Below are positions 35,563 to 50,660 of a DNA stretch of 64,000 nucleotides, in pieces. Below the pieces are notes generated by a model. The model did no database searches. It saw only the letters and a list, made by a program, of their open reading frames with translations, and had not been told where the DNA came from. The position numbers and the translations under genes are program-made. Numbering within the stretch: position 1 is the stretch's first letter; the number at the start of each line of letters is the position of its first letter. Origin of the DNA: Podarcis liolepis (Eukaryota); assembly GCA_965112155.1 (NCBI GenBank), contig OZ218101.1; one strand, given 5' to 3'.

Positions 35563-36264
35563 TATGTAAGTAAGTATGCCTAGCAGTCTAACCAATTTTC
35601 ATATTGGGGATAAAATAATACCTCCTGCTTTACAAATCTGTAGCGTATGGTCCATACTTAGATGGTTTCCCTACATGATGCCTATTGGCCATGTGAGCTG
35701 GTCACAAGGTTCAGGAGCGTGGTTTCTCTGCTCCAGTTCATGCGATCTCTATACTAAACTCCATTCTAGAATAAACATCAGCAGAAGACAACTGTTCCTG
35801 AACTCATAGCCACGTTGGAGCTTCCCAGATGAGTGTATGAGTGGAGAAATAGTATCTTAGGCCAAAGACTAGGGATTAGTAGTTAATATACTTCCCCACT
35901 GCAAATATTTTAATGCAGTTAAATCAACTTGCAGCAATATTCAAACCAAATTATGTTGTCTTGCCTTCTCATTCCCAAGTCTCAGCACACATTGTTCTTT
36001 GTTTTAATTAGTTTTTATTGGGGGTTTTTTGTATTACAAAGCAAACAGATAAACAGGGAACGGTGCATCTCTTGTCTCTACTTGCAATTCATAGCCTTTT
36101 TCATGGTTCATTTACATTTGGTGAGAGACATTTTTGTCATAGACATCTTACAGTTGGGGGAAAGGAGAGGGGGAGTGAGATGGGGCTATTGTTCTTTTAT
36201 TCTACTGCCTCTTCTTAGTGTGTGTGTGTGGGGGGTTGTGTCAGCATCACATGAGTAGATGTTT

Positions 36265-36800
36265 TGTTTCTGTTTTTATTTATTTTTATTGATTTTGCAA
36301 GAGGTTAGGGGTTCCTGAGCTTGGTTGGGGGTGTTTAGCTGATTGCAATGTGGCTTATTTGTGTGAGGGAGGTGGGCTAGGTTGTTGGGTCAGGTTAGCC
36401 ATATTGATTTGTATGCTGTTGGAGAGGATAGGTCATTGTCCTGTTGTACTGCATATGTACTAAAGGGGAACCACTCTGGGGTGAAGGAATCCTCCGTAGC
36501 TTGTCCCTGTGCTAGTTTGAATTTGTTGGTTAACTTTTCTAGTAGGGCCATTTCCCATACATTTTGATAGCTGTGGTCTATGTTCACTCCTGATAGGTGC
36601 TTCCAGTGTCTAGTTATGATATTTCTAGCTGCTGAGAGTAAGTGACTTATGAGTTCCTTGTAGTGTGTGTGTGTGTGTGTGTGGTTGTCCCAGAAGATTC
36701 AGATACAAAGATTCAGATACAAGATTCAGATACAAGATTCAGATACAAGATTCAGATACAAAGGGTGAGTTCTGGAGTTACAGCTGCTATTTGTTGTTAT
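36265..36800 (-). mobile_element. L1-like LINE 3' fragment
   Basis: Translates HLLSAARNIITRHWK...VWEMALLEKLT...EWFPF, resembling a non-mammalian L1 ORF2 C-terminus. A-rich tail on the minus strand near 36270-36298. Confidence 0.6.
36694..36760 (+). repeat. 13-bp tandem repeat (AAGATTCAGATAC) x5
   Basis: Directly visible; one extra A after the first unit. Confidence 0.95.
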
Positions 36801-39800
36801 AAAATGATAATCAAGTGAAAGTTTCCAAATATCAGGAACCAGAAGTATCTTGAGTTATTAACAATTTAGGGTTGCAATCCTATACCCATTTACCTGGCAT
36901 TCAGACTGACTTCTAAGTAGATATGCATATGACATTAGTATCTGTGAAACATAATCCCCAATTTAAGATTTGGTTACCTCATGTATAATGTGTCCCAGCC
37001 ATTATTCAGATACTTAGACGATGTCTGTTAATGTTGCTAAGCCACTCCATGCTCTTCTCCTGTTGTGCAATAAAACTCCAACTTAATTGGACTGCAAATT
37101 GATAAAATATTGGTTAAAATTGTATTGTGTCATGCTGCTGCTTGTGTCTGTAGATCTGAATTAAAATTAATTCACAAAATTTGCTTAATGGAAGTGGCCT
37201 CATGTGCTTGATGCATTATGGCCTAGATTTGCTCATCCCATTAAATCATTAAACTACTGTTTCTACTTTGAATGATGGCTAAGAACTGAGAACAAGGACC
37301 CTCCAAAAGATTCTTGGCATTGTCCCCTCAGAACCCAAGTAGCATTCTGAAGAATGAGACTATCTGGTTAATCAGGCTTGAGAGCTACCTTTTTAACCTG
37401 CAGAACGTTTTGAAACAAATGTCTGAGATGTCAAGGTCAAGGTGTTTGATGCAAAAATGATACTGGACTAGATTAACAACCACCATTTGTATTTAAGTAT
37501 TATTCAGCTTGTAGTCTAGACTGTGGCTGAGATCCAAATAGCCATGAAGATCACCAAAAACATCCTTGACTTTGGGGAGTGGCTTGGTGGATGCCAGAAA
37601 GGTTGAAGTTAGGTGGGGCTCTGAAGCCATGCTGAATGTTACGGCTGCTAGCAATTCCTTAGGGCAGAGGTTTTCCAATCTTTCTGAGTCCATGGCTCCC
37701 TTGATCTACTACATTCTTTCTGCAGCACCCCTGTGGGGCTCAGAAAGCTTCTCACCCTTTTTCTGAACAAAGAACAATGAAACAAGGATGCATTTCAAAT
37801 AAACAGTACAAAAACAATTTTGTCATACCATAACAGAGCAATAACATAGCCAAACTATAGCAGATGTAATATACAAAATCCCCCCCACACATTCCAATAG
37901 TTTATTTCAACAGCATGCAGCACCCAATTGCAAAAAGAACAAGTGAGCTTTGTGGTCCTAGAAGCACCCGTCCCATGATGTTCCTCACCGTCCTTCTCCT
38001 GCAGCAGCTTCTTCCAAGGGCAAAGGGTGGAGTAGCTGGAAACACCATTCCCCACGATAAAAAGCAAACTCTGCCCCAGTAAACATATCTTAAAAGGAAA
38101 AACTTATTTTAAAAGGCAGTTATATATGAATTAACTGGATTATAGAGAACTTCTCATGAGGGATAGGAGGCATTATATAGCTAGAGAATAAAGCTGGCCA
38201 TCTATGCTGAAGGTTATGGGCAGTATTCAACTAAATAATGGCATGAGCGGAATGACTTCCACTTGCACAGCAGCAGGACTCCCCTCTTCTCTCCTCGCCC
38301 ATGCATACACCCCCCCAAACTTGCTCTAGAGGGATGGGGACCCCCAAAACAGATTTAGGGTGAGTGCGGGGGGAATGGAGAGATGGGCAAGTCACCGCAC
38401 ATGTGCAACTACTTTGTTGCATACCATCCTAAGTACTAGCAATGCTGGACATTGTACTAGTACCTGGACGTTGCCAGACAGTTGCTGAAATGGATGTCTG
38501 GAAGAATATGTCATAAAGCCTTAAAGCACAGCCAACATGGTGCCCAGTTGGCTGGGCTGGAGGCCCTTAAAAAGGTCAAAAGGACATTACATTATCTGCA
38601 CATGGATTAAAGAAGGATTGGGTTTGTTTCTGGGCTAAGAATATAAGTCTTGAAGAAAACAGTTTCTCAGTTACAGTGTTGGAATCCCCTGTTCTACATT
38701 AATCTCTCTTCTATTTATCGAGACGATTTCTGAGTGAAACAATAATCATTTTGTTACATGTAATGCGCTCCCTAGAATCTCTAAGGCATTTTAACATGAG
38801 CACCAGGCTAAAACAGGTCTTCACAGGTGGTGGCATTTCTTTTAGCTTCACGATGTTGGCATTAAACAGGAATTTCTTTCTCTCAGGTATTTCAAATAAT
38901 ATTCATGAATTATAAATAAAAGGAAGGAAAACAAAATTCCTGTTCAGGTTTATAGCTTCCATTTATATTTAGTATTGAACAACAATAATCAAGTACCATG
39001 TGATTTGCAACCCCCTCCGCATGTAACAAGCTCATCATTGTACAATTTTGAGTAAAAGCTAAAAGGATAAAAAAGCCGTAAATATCAGACAAGGGAAAAA
39101 GAAAGAGAAAGGAAAAATAAATAACAGGATAATATTTTAATGGACTGCCGATGAATCGGAACAAAACTCCTGCCAGTGCTGGTACACTCCATTCTTAGAA
39201 TCATCAAGCCACCGTCTCTTTGGTATTGTCAAGATCTGTATATCATATCTTTCATTGCTCTTTATTTGTCTTTGTCTCCCTCCGCTTGACTGGTAACATA
39301 CAGTAGCCTTGCAATGTATACTTATTTCAAGACTGACTGCAGTGGTTATAAATACCTCTCTTGGACTGAAAGAGGCAAGTTAAAAAAGAAGCAATAAGCT
39401 TTAGTGGATGGGATACTAAGCTGCTTCAGAATAAGGGGTTTCTGTCAATGAAGCATCATGAAATAAAAGTGCCAGCCTTTTCACTTCTTATAGCCTGAAA
39501 GAAGAAAATCTTTTATCAGAACAGGTCTAAAGTGGTAATGAGTGTCTTTGCCTCTGACAGGCTATTGGAAGCATAACTTGGGTAAAGGATACAGGCTCCA
39601 ATAAGTTAGATACTGGAGCTGAAGTAGGACTATGGGACATTATTTTTACAGTCTGTTTGTACCTTAAAATAAAATAATGTTACATTAACATAGAACAGGA
39701 TCTGGTTGAAATAAACAAAAGGACCTGCCCAAATCTGATCTGGAAATAATCTGGACAAAACAGATTTTATCCTCTAGATATCCCCTGACTATGTGCAATG

Positions 39801-42800
39801 TTAATCTAGACCACCTTGAACAATTTGATACCATCAGCCTGTTGGGACACCTTACTGCTCACCCCAACACCAGTCCTCTATTGCTTGTTGTCCAAATTCC
39901 AGTAATCTCCCTAGCTGTTCTGTTTCTGGGGTATTAAAATATTTGTTGTTGTTGATTTTAATATTTTTTGTAATGTGCTCCTTGAATTCTCTCCTCCCCC
40001 CGCATCCCATGTTGATTGTTTGAATTTCTTTCCCCAATGTTTATGTTCTCATTTGGACTTCAGTTTCTAAAGAAACCCTTCTTTTCTTGAATATATTCCT
40101 TGATTCTGCTCAGTAAACCATGCTGGCATCCTCTTAGTCTTGTCCTTTTTCTGATCTGTATACATTTTAGCTAAGTTTATGTTGTTTGTGGTATTGAAAA
40201 AAACCATAGCATTATGGAGACATTTGACCCTCTTGACTTTTCTTTTCATAATAAGCTGTTTTTCATAACAAACTGTTCTTTGTGCCTGCTGAGAAATTGT
40301 CCTCTTCTCTTCTATTTTTCCCTCACCTGTGTCCTAAATCTGACACAGCCCTCACTCTGCTGGATTTAGCAAGTGTAAGAGCTATGTGTACTGAGGCCTT
40401 TGAAGTGAATTGCTTCCCATATGTTCAAGGCAAAATGCTATTCTTTCTACAATGGAGTGCAGAACCTCTAGCCCATTGTCCAAAGCTGGTCCGCCAGCAG
40501 GGCCAGCCCAAGACATTTTGCAGCTTGAGGTGAACCAGAAAATGGCACCCCTGGAAATCCTGGGAATTGTATTTTGTTAAGGGTGCTGGGTTAGATCAGG
40601 GACTATTGAGCTCAAGAACCACCTGTAGCCCTCCAGGCCTCTCTGTCAGTGTTCAGGCTACCCCCTCTCCTGCTTTGTACCTACTGGGAGTGTGTTTTAC
40701 TGACTGAAATGTGTCTTTGGATGGAGAGGAGGTGCTGGGGTGGTGGGGCAGCACTCAGCCCTGCTTCCTTGCCTCCGCTCCCCATGCTGCCTCTTTTCAT
40801 TTTGTTGAATGACCTCTCAGCTTTGCACCATGGCTTACTAGCTGGAGACTGAAACTGCTCTCTTGCAGAGCTTGGCGCATGCCCACTAGGAGGCAGCTGG
40901 GCACTCAGCGTGGTACTTGCATGAGATTCTGTGGGTTAGCGGTTTGATAGAGGTATGGAAAGGAAGGGAAAGCATGGTGCCATGAAATGGGGAGGAGAAA
41001 TGCTATGGCGAAGCAAGGGGGACAAAATGGAGAAGGGAAATGGGTCTGGGGAAGGAGAGGGAAAGCGTGTGGTGAAGCATGGGGCGCTTCTAAACCAGGT
41101 ATTGACAAATATCGTCAGATAAACAGTGCTAAGCAGTGTGTGTATATGAAGGCTGAGGAAGGCAAATCGGTTTTTTATACGTGAAGGAAACTAAGGTCTA
41201 GGTGAGCTTGATAATGTGATGCTGTTTATTTTGGGAAGATGCATAGTGGTCCTTTCGTAAAGGAGGCTGTCAGGCTCTCTGACACTGCTAGAGAAGGCCT
41301 TATGAGTGCCAAAGTAATTAGATAAGCAGCAGATCAATGAGGCAGAGAACAAAAGCCTTCATCGCTGCTCCACACTCTTCAGTTCTCTCCTGTTTCCTTT
41401 TCCCTTTATAATTTTTTCATTCTTCTTTGTCTTTCTCTCTTAGCCACTTGCCTTATTCTGACAACATGATTACTTAATACTTACCTGCCAAATTAACTGA
41501 CTTATTTTACCAACTGGGTGGATATGCAGTACCTTGACACTTGCTATTTGAGGAGCTAGCAGCTTTTGTTTCGGTCCGTGATGTATAAATAACAATAAAA
41601 ATACATAGTGATGATTTGCTTTTCCAGAAATCTATATATGTTCTGAGTAACAAAGAGGTGGATATTATTTCTCTTTTGCCTATGTATTACAACAGTTGTG
41701 ATAAGGGGGGAAAAGCAGCAATCCAACAGGACATCCCCAGATAACTATTTGCCATTTCTATATCCATGCAAAGGAAAGCTTATAATGCAATTACAATGAC
41801 TGGTCACTTTAGCCCAGGAGTGGTGGTGACCTAACCCCCAAGCCTTTATTTGTTCCCTCAGTATAGCTACCAAATTTGCTGGTGGCAAGGAAATATGTAG
41901 CGACAGCTGTTAAACACACACAGGATCCTGCTTTATCAGGCCATGGGTCCATCTAGCTCAGTAATGTCCACATACTGATAGGTAATGGCTCTCCAGGGCT
42001 TCAGGCTGGAGTCTCTTTGAGCCCTACCAGGAGATGCTGGAGATTGATAGAATGCAACCATTCCATGGGTTCCCCAGCAAGAGCATTTGAAGAGACAAGA
42101 AGAAAAGGAGCATAGATAGACCAAAATAAAAACTGTGATCTTGCATATCTCTCTTTGAAAGTCTCAGATTCCACCTAAAAACAAAGTGGACATTCCAGTA
42201 TAAAGCTGTTTACTGTTGTCAGGGAGAGTCAGGCAAATATTATTAAAACCATTTACCCTCCTTTCCTCCAAAGCAATTCAAGATGGAGTGTTTTCAAGAG
42301 TTAGAGGGGATTAAATGGGCTTTACGAAAACCTCTTCTAGAAATTCATTACTTGTAAATTTGGCCTACCAATTATTTCTCTTGGGCTAATAACAATTTGC
42401 ATCATATTTGTTGTATGATTTTACCAGTATATCAATGAATTTACTGGTGGAATGATCCTATACAGGTGTTAAAGGGTCCACAAGATGACACAAAGTGGGG
42501 GGTGGGTTTGCTGGTCTGCCTCCCCTGTTGTCTCCAAGTCACCTGGCCCTGCCATTATTGCAGAGAGCAGCTGTCCACAAGAACAGCATCCCACACTGTA
42601 GACATTCTCCTCTTACTAGGGCCAGGTGATGGTGACATAATAAAGGGATAGCAGTGAGTTAGCATTCCACATGACCCTCATTTGCAGTAATACCTGAATG
42701 GACTCTAGTGATTCTAGGATCAACTGCTGAGCATCATAGTTGACCAGGGATGTGAACTTGATTTTTCCACATCTAAATGCAACCATCTAGCAGCTGCATC

Positions 42801-44050
42801 ACCACACAAAGAAATTAACCTTGAATCTTGGTTGTGTAGAGCACGAAGAGTTTTGGAATGCTTAGCCTCGCATTAACTTGCCATTTCTACTGTGTGTTTC
42901 CAAGAAAGCCTGAACTTAAAATAGGAAACGTTTAAATATTATTTCTATCTGCCTTGATCAATGTGAGACAGAGAGCAAAATGTAAGGGGATTTCAGGAGA
43001 TGAGCCCCTGGAAAATATCTGTCTAGGACAGGTTGCTGTCAAGTGATCAATTTAGGCAGAATAGATGGGAACATTGATGATAATGTCCTTTGGGGACTAC
43101 AGATTTGCAGTAGCACTTAAAACTCCCTTGATGTTTGGCAGTACGTATTACAACTCGACACAAAACACTGAATTCTTTTTATCTAGAAGCATCTCAATTT
43201 TGAATCAAGTTCTGGTTATTTAAAACATCAAGATTTTAGTGTGGATACAAGTTTCAGAGTTTAAGGGAAATGAAAGTGTGAGTGTGTGAGAGAAATAATA
43301 TGATGGGAATAAAGTCTTCAGTTACATTACTCCTTTGCCTCACAATACGGATATAATTAATATATGCACGACTACTTGAAAATTACTTATTTCCACAAAT
43401 TTGCATGGTGAACATTTGTTAAATGAATACTTGAAATTGCCTTAAATTTTTTTGAAAGAAAAAAGGTATTAGTTTCAGGGTGATTTTGGGATGACTGCTA
43501 AAATGTAGTGCATAATATAAACCTTAAATATTATTTTTTATTTTTGTGAACTTTCTTGGTGGAATGCTCATATTAATTGAAGAGGGAGTTGGCAGCAAGT
43601 TTTGCCAATGCAGCTTTCAGCAGGCCCATGAAAATTAACACCAAAGAGCACAGAAGAGGGTGCAGGGGCTATGGGGGAAAGGGAGAATTTAGAGTTGCCA
43701 TATTCTGAAAAGCAAAAAAGAGAACAAACTTGTGTATGGATCCAGGGGATGCTGTGGCTTTAAACGATTCAGAGGCAATCTGGTTGCTTTCCTCCCCACC
43801 CCGCTTGTACAAATGTCCCCTCCCAGCTCCCCTGCCTCGCTTGATGCCACCACTCTTTTGGTGAACTTCAGGTTACCCTATGTCATGTCAGAGGAGGCCT
43901 GACTTAAAACTCACAAAATGCAAGCTTTTAGGTTTTTATTTATCTATCGTAGTCATCATATTTAAATCACCAAAAAGCCCCTCAAGACGGCTTACAAGAA
44001 ATGATGAAAAACATAAAAAGACATTATAAAAGTGCAGTTAAAATTAATGA

Positions 44051-44240
44051 ACAGACCAAGGACTCAGCTATACAGTTGCAAATAAAATGTTTAAGTGTGC
44101 TTTAAGTGCAATATACAATGTGACACTAGATGGCAATCCATGGAGCCTTATGGAAAATTTAATGTATTTTTTAAAACCCTTTTTTTTTTTAAAAAAGTAT
44201 TTTTAGATTGGTTTTTATATGTGTCTAGATTCCACCCAAG
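44051..44240 (+). repeat. Unclassified interspersed repeat, with an inverted relative at about 56568-56752
   Basis: Shared blocks ACAGACCAAGG(G)ACTCAGCTATACA, AAGTGCAATATACAA(A)TGTGACACTAGATGG and TAGATTCCACCCAAG. Confidence 0.7.
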
Positions 44241-44660
44241 TGCCAGCCTGATATGGCAAAATGCAGACTTGGGAAGCATGGAAAAATATAGGTTTCTCTC
44301 TATCTGCCTGCAGGATAAAATAGAAGTAGCCTTGTGGATATATCCATTGGGAAGAGGTCTCCCTAGAAAAAGCTAGTCAGAGATGGTGTTAACATCTCCA
44401 CATGGTCCCAATGTACAGGGTGTGTTTGGGGCAGGAGGTCCTTCCTAAGGCACCCCAGATCTAGGCTGTTTAAGGCTTAAACACAGGGATGGAAAACCTG
44501 ATCATATTGGACTAACCTCCATCAGTTCCTGCTAGCGTGACAAATGATCAGGAATTATGGGAGTTCTATTAACACAATATTTGGAGGACCACAGATTCTC
44601 CAACCCTGATTTAAAGGCTCGAACTAGCACCATTAATTTCACCTGGAAGCAAAGCGGTAG

Positions 44661-44685
44661 CACACACACACACACACACACACAC
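44661..44685 (+). repeat. (CA)n microsatellite
   Basis: Directly visible. Confidence 0.95.
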
Positions 44686-46502
44686 GAGAGAATGTGAGCT
44701 ATTTTGTCACCTTACAGGGAGAAATCAAACTGTTTTTAAGGTAGTCTGACACACAGGACTTGACAATGGTTACTAGAGCAGACAAGAGAACAGGTAGGTC
44801 TCCAGTTTAAGGAAACAGCATGTTGGAAGATCCTGGAAGATGCTCCTGTCCACACATCTCTGGGATCTTTGAGAACCAGGACTTGAAAGTGAAGATTCTT
44901 ACAGAGACTATTTAAACTGCACTTGGGTGCTGCACTTTACTAATAAGGACAAATTGCAAAAAATAAAATAAAATTCTGCACCTGTGCAATTCAAATTCTT
45001 CTTTAACAAAAGATGAATTTTGCACCCTGCATATATTATGCATTTTAAACAAAATGGCAATTTTTTTCTTTATTTTGCTTAATGTATTCTTAAAATTTAT
45101 TATTTCATACAATGTATTGTCGGCTTGCTTATTATGGAGAGGAGGAAAGGAACACAGCTATAAAACCCTGTCTCCAAACAGCTGACATTGTATTCACCCT
45201 CCTGTCTAACTTCTGATATGTCACCAAGCATTGTAAATGCACTTTTTCATGTAACAGCTAGAAATGTATTTCTTAAAAATGAACAGAAAGTGGACATTCA
45301 TAGGACATTGAATTCTGATCATGTCTGGAGAGCAAGCTGTTGTTAGTGGCACAGAAGCAGAGGTCAATAAAAAAACTTGGCAACCCTAATGTGGTTATGA
45401 CACAGATATGACACGTTTAATGAAACTCCAAGTCTCGGGAGCTAATGCGTAGAATGAGACATCAGAGCTACAACCAAGGTGGATCTTTTTGAATAGGCGG
45501 ATCAAAGTACTTTGCTAACAATGTCTAATTAAACCACACTTGTGGAAGCACTATTTCTTAATATATCTTTTCTAAAGGCTAAACACAGCCGCAAAGGTCA
45601 GGTGATTTGCCCTAGGTCCAACAGGTTCTCATTAGTGAAGCTGGGAAAAGCACGGTCTCTTCTATCCACTTAATGAATTACCCGTCTACATATAATTAAG
45701 AGGAGATGCAAGCTTGCCTAGGAATATCAGACTCCTGCCATGCTATGATGCCAGTAAATGTACAGGTGTGCGTCACATATTTAGAGAAGGAAGAGATAGT
45801 ATTTGAGGTGAGTATTGTAAGATGGTTTTGAAACTTTTAACTATCTTTGGTAGTGGAATTCTTAATTGTGAATGAATTATACCCCTTAATAATGTTACCT
45901 CACTACTCCTCCCTCCTTGTCCCAGCTGTCAGAGCTTTGGCACATTTCTTTCAGAGGCCTCTAGCTAAAGTTTTGGCTAGTGTTTTCAGTGAATGTGTGA
46001 ATGGTAGCACACATCATCTCTGCAGCTCCTGGTCTTGCAGCTTCTCCTCTTTGCCCATTTTAAGTTTTCCTCCTCTTCTGAGACTCTTGTGCCTCTGGAC
46101 CACTCTGTCTGCCAGCCTCTTTCAAGATCCCTTGTTTTCCTTGGCCTGCTGTCTTCTCAGATCCCTGTATCTCATTTTTCTGGGCCCCTCAGCCCATGAC
46201 TTTCTACCTAGAGTAGCTCAACCACTGGTATCCTAAAATTCTTGTTCCTCTCCCACACCCTTTTGTGACATGAAGGCAACTCAACCAATCATTGCCAGAA
46301 GTTCATTTCATTACCACAACCATGAAATCCCTTGGTGCATTTGATATAGCCATAACAGTCTAACTTGATACAAAACTGACAAGGCAAAGCTCTTGGGAAG
46401 GAGGGTTTGTGTATTTCATAATCAAGTTCTAACAGCTTGCCATATTTAAAATCAAGAAGCATCTGATTGGCTTCATATCAACATCTGATTAGAGTGTTGA
46501 TT

Positions 46503-46515
46503 TATTATTATTATA

Positions 46516-46575
<60 letters not shown>
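46503..46575 (+). repeat. (TTA)n microsatellite
   Basis: Directly visible, with interruptions. Confidence 0.95.
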
Positions 46576-46576
<1 letters not shown>

Positions 46577-49500
46577 TTGTTTTCACCTTTTCCTTTAATG
46601 TGTTACACAACTGGCTTGCTTTAGCCAACTGGAGTTTGCTTTAGTGGATGTATTTGTTTACAGCATGGGTAGACTACACAATGTTCTCCAGATATTCTTG
46701 CACTACAACTCGCATCATCCCTGATGATTTTTTATCCCATTTGATGGTTTGTGACTGGCCATGCTGGCTATGACTGATAGGAATTGGAACCCAACAAGCA
46801 TCTAGAGAGCGCCATGCTGGCCACCCCTAGTTTACTGCAAGAATTGTTAACCTTAGAGAATAATAGCATATTTCTCCTCCTACCCTTCTTTCCCTCCTAC
46901 CACACGATTAGGCTGAGGGCCTCATGTGAACCTGGGATGGCTGGTTTCCCACCACTGCTCTACAGAATCACGCCTTCCCCTGCCTATCTGCTAGTTTCAA
47001 TTTTAGCCAAACATTCATTTGGGAAACCCAAACATAGGTGCTATCATTGTCTTTGATTGTTTTTCTCTTCCCCACTTATTTAGGGAGGAGCTCTCCACAC
47101 TTGCACAATTTCCAGGCCCATGATTCAAAATTGGGATGTGGGGGTAGCTGTCCCTCTAGACTTCACTTTCCTTATCAAGTGGTGCAAAGCTTCAATTAGA
47201 TACTGTAAGCTGTTGTTGCCTGTTGTTCCAGAAATTAATTAAGCCCATTGACAGACAGCTTTGTGGGCAGGCATCAGTAATGCACAAATAAAAAGGTTTG
47301 AATAAAGGTTCTCCTTTCTGACTAAAAATGTAGGTTGTTCACTACTTAGTGGTTTCCTTCCTTGGCTGAAAGTCAGCCGCTTATGTGAATTTTCTGCAAA
47401 ATAACTACCACTATAAAAGCTGTTTCTATTGGGATTAGACCAGATAGTGGTATAACGCCTTAATGGAGTAATAAACATTTGAGCATCCTGCCAGATAATG
47501 TAATTGCCATTCTTAGCTCTTGGGACATATGAAAGTAGAAGTGTTTGGGTATTTCCTTTTTCACTTCACTTATTGGAAGCTTCTTTGCTATATGTGTAGT
47601 TTTGTAACGAGGCATGGAATATTAAATGTATTTCTGAACACACAAAAAGAAAGGATTTCATGATGCTAAAGTTCTGTTAGGTTTGTACCATTAGGGAGGG
47701 ATGGAGTAAGAAGGTTAGCAATATACCATGGTGTTGGTACTGAGCTTTGTGTATCCATGCTGATACTACAGCCAGGTGCTCATATGATCCTTTGGAATTG
47801 CAGCCTGGAAATCCTTGGCTATTGTAGGTAGGCAGTTAGGTAATTGTATTGTCTAGATTTATTATGAAGACGCTCCTCTTTGGAAGGCTATGTATATCTC
47901 TTCAGTTACTTATAAATGTGGTGAGCAATAGGGGGCTATTCCGGTCATTCTGCTGCTAGATTTTTGCAACAAAGTCCTGCCCTAACAGCACCAGTCTCTA
48001 ACAGTAGCGTATTCTTGTCAACAAGATTTTTGCCTCTGTTTATAATTAGGCCTAGCAAAGGTTCTGATTTGGCCTGTGAGGCACTTTTGAACTCAAGCCA
48101 TGTTGCAGAGGAAAAAAATTGTGTTGCAGTGCAGCTTCTGTTCAAGTTACACTAAAAGCAAAAATGGGTCATTGGAGGCCATGGTGATGTCAAATGATTG
48201 ACATGTGGGTAGCCCACCCAACTGTCAAAGTGACCTGCTAGGGGTATGGGAGTTCCTGATCTGACCTTTTGGCTGGATCCTGTTCCCCATTCCTGCTCTA
48301 GGTGAATTATTTTGTAACAAAGGTAGCTGGACTAAGGCCTTAGCTATAATTAGGCTTCTGAAGGATAGGACATGAATGGTGGAAGGGTTACCTTCCAGAT
48401 GTTGTTGGAATATAACTCTCTGAACACTAACCATGCTTACTGGGGATGATGGGATTTAGAGTCTTGCTGTTGAATCTCCATGACCTCATCACTTCTAATT
48501 GGGGAAACTGATGTTGAGGGGAGTCTGCTCTACTTGTGCATATAGATATATAGATATACATTGAGAAGGCACTTTTGTTCCATAGGAAATGCTTATGGGT
48601 GTTTCCAGGTGGTTGTTTATTGTGGGATTGGTGCTCCTCTCATTCATGCAAGTTTTTGCCATAGCCGCACAACACAGTTGGCATCAAAATGCCAGCTCAT
48701 ATTCCCTTCCATTTGATCCAGATTTTCTAGATCAATCTGATATGTTAAATAAACCTGTTGCCAATTTGCGGTATCTGAACAACCCATTTACAATGTTAAG
48801 CCCCCCCCCCCCCCCGTCTGGAAGAGCTCTGAATGAGTAACAGCTAGAGAATAACAGGAGACGATGCCAAGAAAGGAAGCAAGGAAAATGCAAGGTCATA
48901 AGGTAGAACAGGTTTAAAAATACAATAGTAAACCAGCATCAAAGTCAAAGGGTGACTTCTGAAATGAAGCCAGTGATGTGGTTTTGAAAAAGATGTGCTA
49001 TGTCTGTATGACAACTATTTTTTCCCTCCAACTGTTAAAAGAATATTAGGACAGCTGGCTAAGGAGAGACCTTGTTGAGATCTTTCAGCCTCTCCTCCCA
49101 ACTCGGCCACAGAAGATGAGGTTTGTCTGGAATGTGCAGCGACAGGTGGAAAGGTCAGAAGCCACTTACCTCACTGGATCTTGCTGCAAATCCACACAGC
49201 TCTCTGTTTCTTGTTATCTTGACCCATTGAGCCCACTGGGACAGGCAAGGATGCCAAGGGAATTCCTGAGGTAGCCAGACTTCCCCTGCATTCCTTCCAG
49301 CATGCATGACATAATGGTGTAACTTTGTTCCCGACACGGATAAGATTTTGTTCTCCATGCACTGAAAATGTGCTTCCCCATTGTTATTAGCTGCAGAAAC
49401 CTTTGTGCTGCTAAGGAGGAGATGAGAAATGATGAAAGAAAAGAGAACAAGCTAGAGGTATGCATTGTAAAAAAGAATGTCGGAACCTAGACCCAGACAT

Positions 49501-50139
49501 GCTGTGCAGTATTCATTACTTACTCGATGATTTAAAACACGAACTTTCATCTAGGAAGTATTAGACTTTGCAGTAAGATTGTCTAGACAGCTTAGGAGAT
49601 GAATCACCGTAGCGCTGCCACAAGCTCCCTCTTCTCTGACACAAACAGGTTGGGGAAGAAGACGGTACCTGCAGTTGATCTGGTAAAAGAAAGGGAGAGG
49701 CTTATGCAATGATATAAGCAGAAACTTTGCAGCACTGCTGGGACTCTGGTGTACACAAGAGGGTCATCATATGCCAATGCAGAACACCAAAAATGTAAAT
49801 ACAAGTTCCCTAAATGTTTATATGAACAGTATTCAAATGACTGAATATTAATAAACTTAACGCTGGAATCACGTTTAATAGAATATCATTAAAACACAAT
49901 TAAAAAGTAAGTGCTTGGTGCTCAGGAGCTTGTCAGTCATCTCCGTAGCATAGCATCACTGGTCAAAACAAAGGAAGGTGCGGGAAAGTTTCCTTCTTAC
50001 TAGGCAATTGGGTCTGCGAGCATCATTTCCCTTGTAGCTCTAAGGTAAAAATGCTAGAGTGTTGTTTTGTTTTGTTTTAAATTAAAGCTGGAGGGGCAAA
50101 AAATCAGGAAACTCGCCTGGCCCTAGGTCCTCACAGTCA

Positions 50140-50660
50140 CCTATTCCCAATACTCAGAGCTTGCCTTATTTATGGACACGATTCGACTGCTAAGACAGTG
50201 TGAAAACCTGTTAGGTCTTGATGGGATGTAGTGCACTTAAGTAATTTTAGACTTTGGGCTTATGGGGGGGCCACGCCTCTTTAGATGTTAACATGTATAG
50301 TTCACTTGAAAATGTTTTAATCCATTTAAACATGGAGTGGGGGGTTCCTGCTATTATGCTGTGCTGTGCTGGACCTGGACCTATGCGCCATAGTTTTGCT
50401 TTGAAGACACTACTCAGCAGTGAATGCTGGAGGCCAAAGGTATACTTGGTAGGTCACAATATTGGAAGGGTTTCTTTCGAATAAATATTTTCTTAGTAAT
50501 AGGGGTAGTAATCAAGATTGGAATGTTGTTGGATATTATTTACTGGGGTGCCACAGAATTTTGTGTGTGCCAGAGTTATGGTTGGAGACCAATGACACTC
50601 TCGGCTTGGAGCAAACAACGTAGTTTACTAATGGTTAGAAGCCTTATGGTGCTCACCTGA
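50140..50660 (-). mobile_element. Highly decayed L1-like ORF2 fragment
   Basis: Weak resemblance to the L1 region K(I/L)...(W/H)Y.P.R. No intact reading frame. Confidence 0.35.

Noticed and set aside
36694-36760. Short direct-repeat arrays as CRISPR-like (also 28590-28660)
   Set aside because: Head-to-tail tandem repeats without spacers, in a vertebrate genome.
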